NCBI GenBank assembly: GCA_002269645.1
Contig: NIVC01004887.1
Coordinates: 1 to 32,311 of the forward strand
Direction: 5' to 3'
Origin: Macrostomum lignano
Taxonomy: Eukaryota
Length of the DNA stretch: 32,311 bases
In this document: positions 31,498-32,311 of the stretch, one piece after another
Numbering within the stretch: position 1 is the first letter of the stretch
Layout: each line of letters starts with the position of its first letter
Translations under genes and position numbers: made by a program
Notes under the pieces: model-generated
Told to the model about the DNA's origin: nothing
What the model saw: the letters and a program-made list of their open reading frames with translations, nothing else
Database searches by the model: none

Positions 31498-32311
31498 ACG
31501 GGACATTTTAAAGCACACGATTACTTTAACACACCTGTGCAGCAACAGTTGCAGTACGCCCTTACGATCATGGTTTGCATAATTTTTCCTCCAAGACGAT
31601 AAATACGAGGTATAGTACTATTTGCCATTCACTCTTAGAAGTAGTATACTTGATTGTTTAAAGATATGTGAACAGGCCCTTTCTGACTCGAAATGTTATA
31701 CGTACACTCGTATGGACTATTGGCAGATGAATCGATAGACATACACATGTATCAGCCTACTATAAATTACCTATAAAACTGCACTTCGTTAGTATTGATT
31801 TTTCGCTAATGTTCATTACAATTTTATATGTTTAATCAGCATGCGGAGCGATTTCAGAATCTCGAATCTCTTTATTGGACTAAACAATATAAAATAAAGA
31901 TAAAAAGTCTAATTTAGCTTCTAGAATGGAAATCATAATATTGTGTTAAAGAAATTTACGCGTTGAATCATAACAGTTACAATTCTCTTCGCCTCATGAT
32001 CTGACTAGAAGGTAAAACAGCGTGAGATATCAGGGGGCTACCGCTTCTTGCTTCTTTGAATCGGGCCTAAGTAAGTCAAGTGGAAAAGCTATTGACAAGC
32101 AAATACATGTAACAAGCACAATGCTTGGTAGAGACAGGCCAAAGACACGAAGAAAGACGTAGAATGACAGAGCCTCGGAGACCAGTGAAAAAATAGATAA
32201 TATGGGAGAGAGTTAGACTTCTCATCTCCCCAAACAGCAGGAAATTTCAGATGCAACAATATTGATTTTCCTAAATTGGAAACTCATTTCCAATTTCAAT
32301 GGGATCCAAGA
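31498..32311 (+). repeat. Conserved upstream block U3 (incomplete, runs off window)
   Basis: Colinear with U1 (7860-8680) and U2 (20110-20810). Confidence 0.85.

Noticed and set aside
1-32311. tRNA, rRNA or other structured ncRNA genes
   Set aside because: No cloverleaf, rRNA-like or snRNA-like sequence was recognised by eye; a covariance-model scan was not possible.

Overview
This window is animal genomic DNA, not prokaryotic: it has GT-AG introns, LINE/LTR/DNA-transposon relics and satellites. The overall style resembles a repeat-rich invertebrate such as a free-living flatworm, but that is an impression only. The core is a tandem array built from a cassette with three parts: (i) an intronless TKL-group, TAK1/MLK-like kinase; (ii) a ~1.3-1.5 kb conserved upstream block; (iii) a five-exon gene for a secreted protein (signal peptide + PAN/Apple domain + ALK/LTK-type glycine-rich domain, with no transmembrane or kinase part). 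Order on the + strand: kinase K1 (5818-7401, open, with DFD and a degenerate Gly-loop); block U1; gene A (9356-15813, one in-frame TAG, 2.25 kb satellite in intron 2); a wrecked kinase copy K2 (17930-20075); block U2; gene B (21354-24477, open, with a replaced hydrophobic C-terminus); polypyrimidine and repeat DNA plus a Crypton-like tyrosine-recombinase relic; 5'-truncated, frameshifted copy C (30505-31368); block U3, running off the window end. Gene models and alignments were made by eye. Family assignments come from motif recognition, not database searches.
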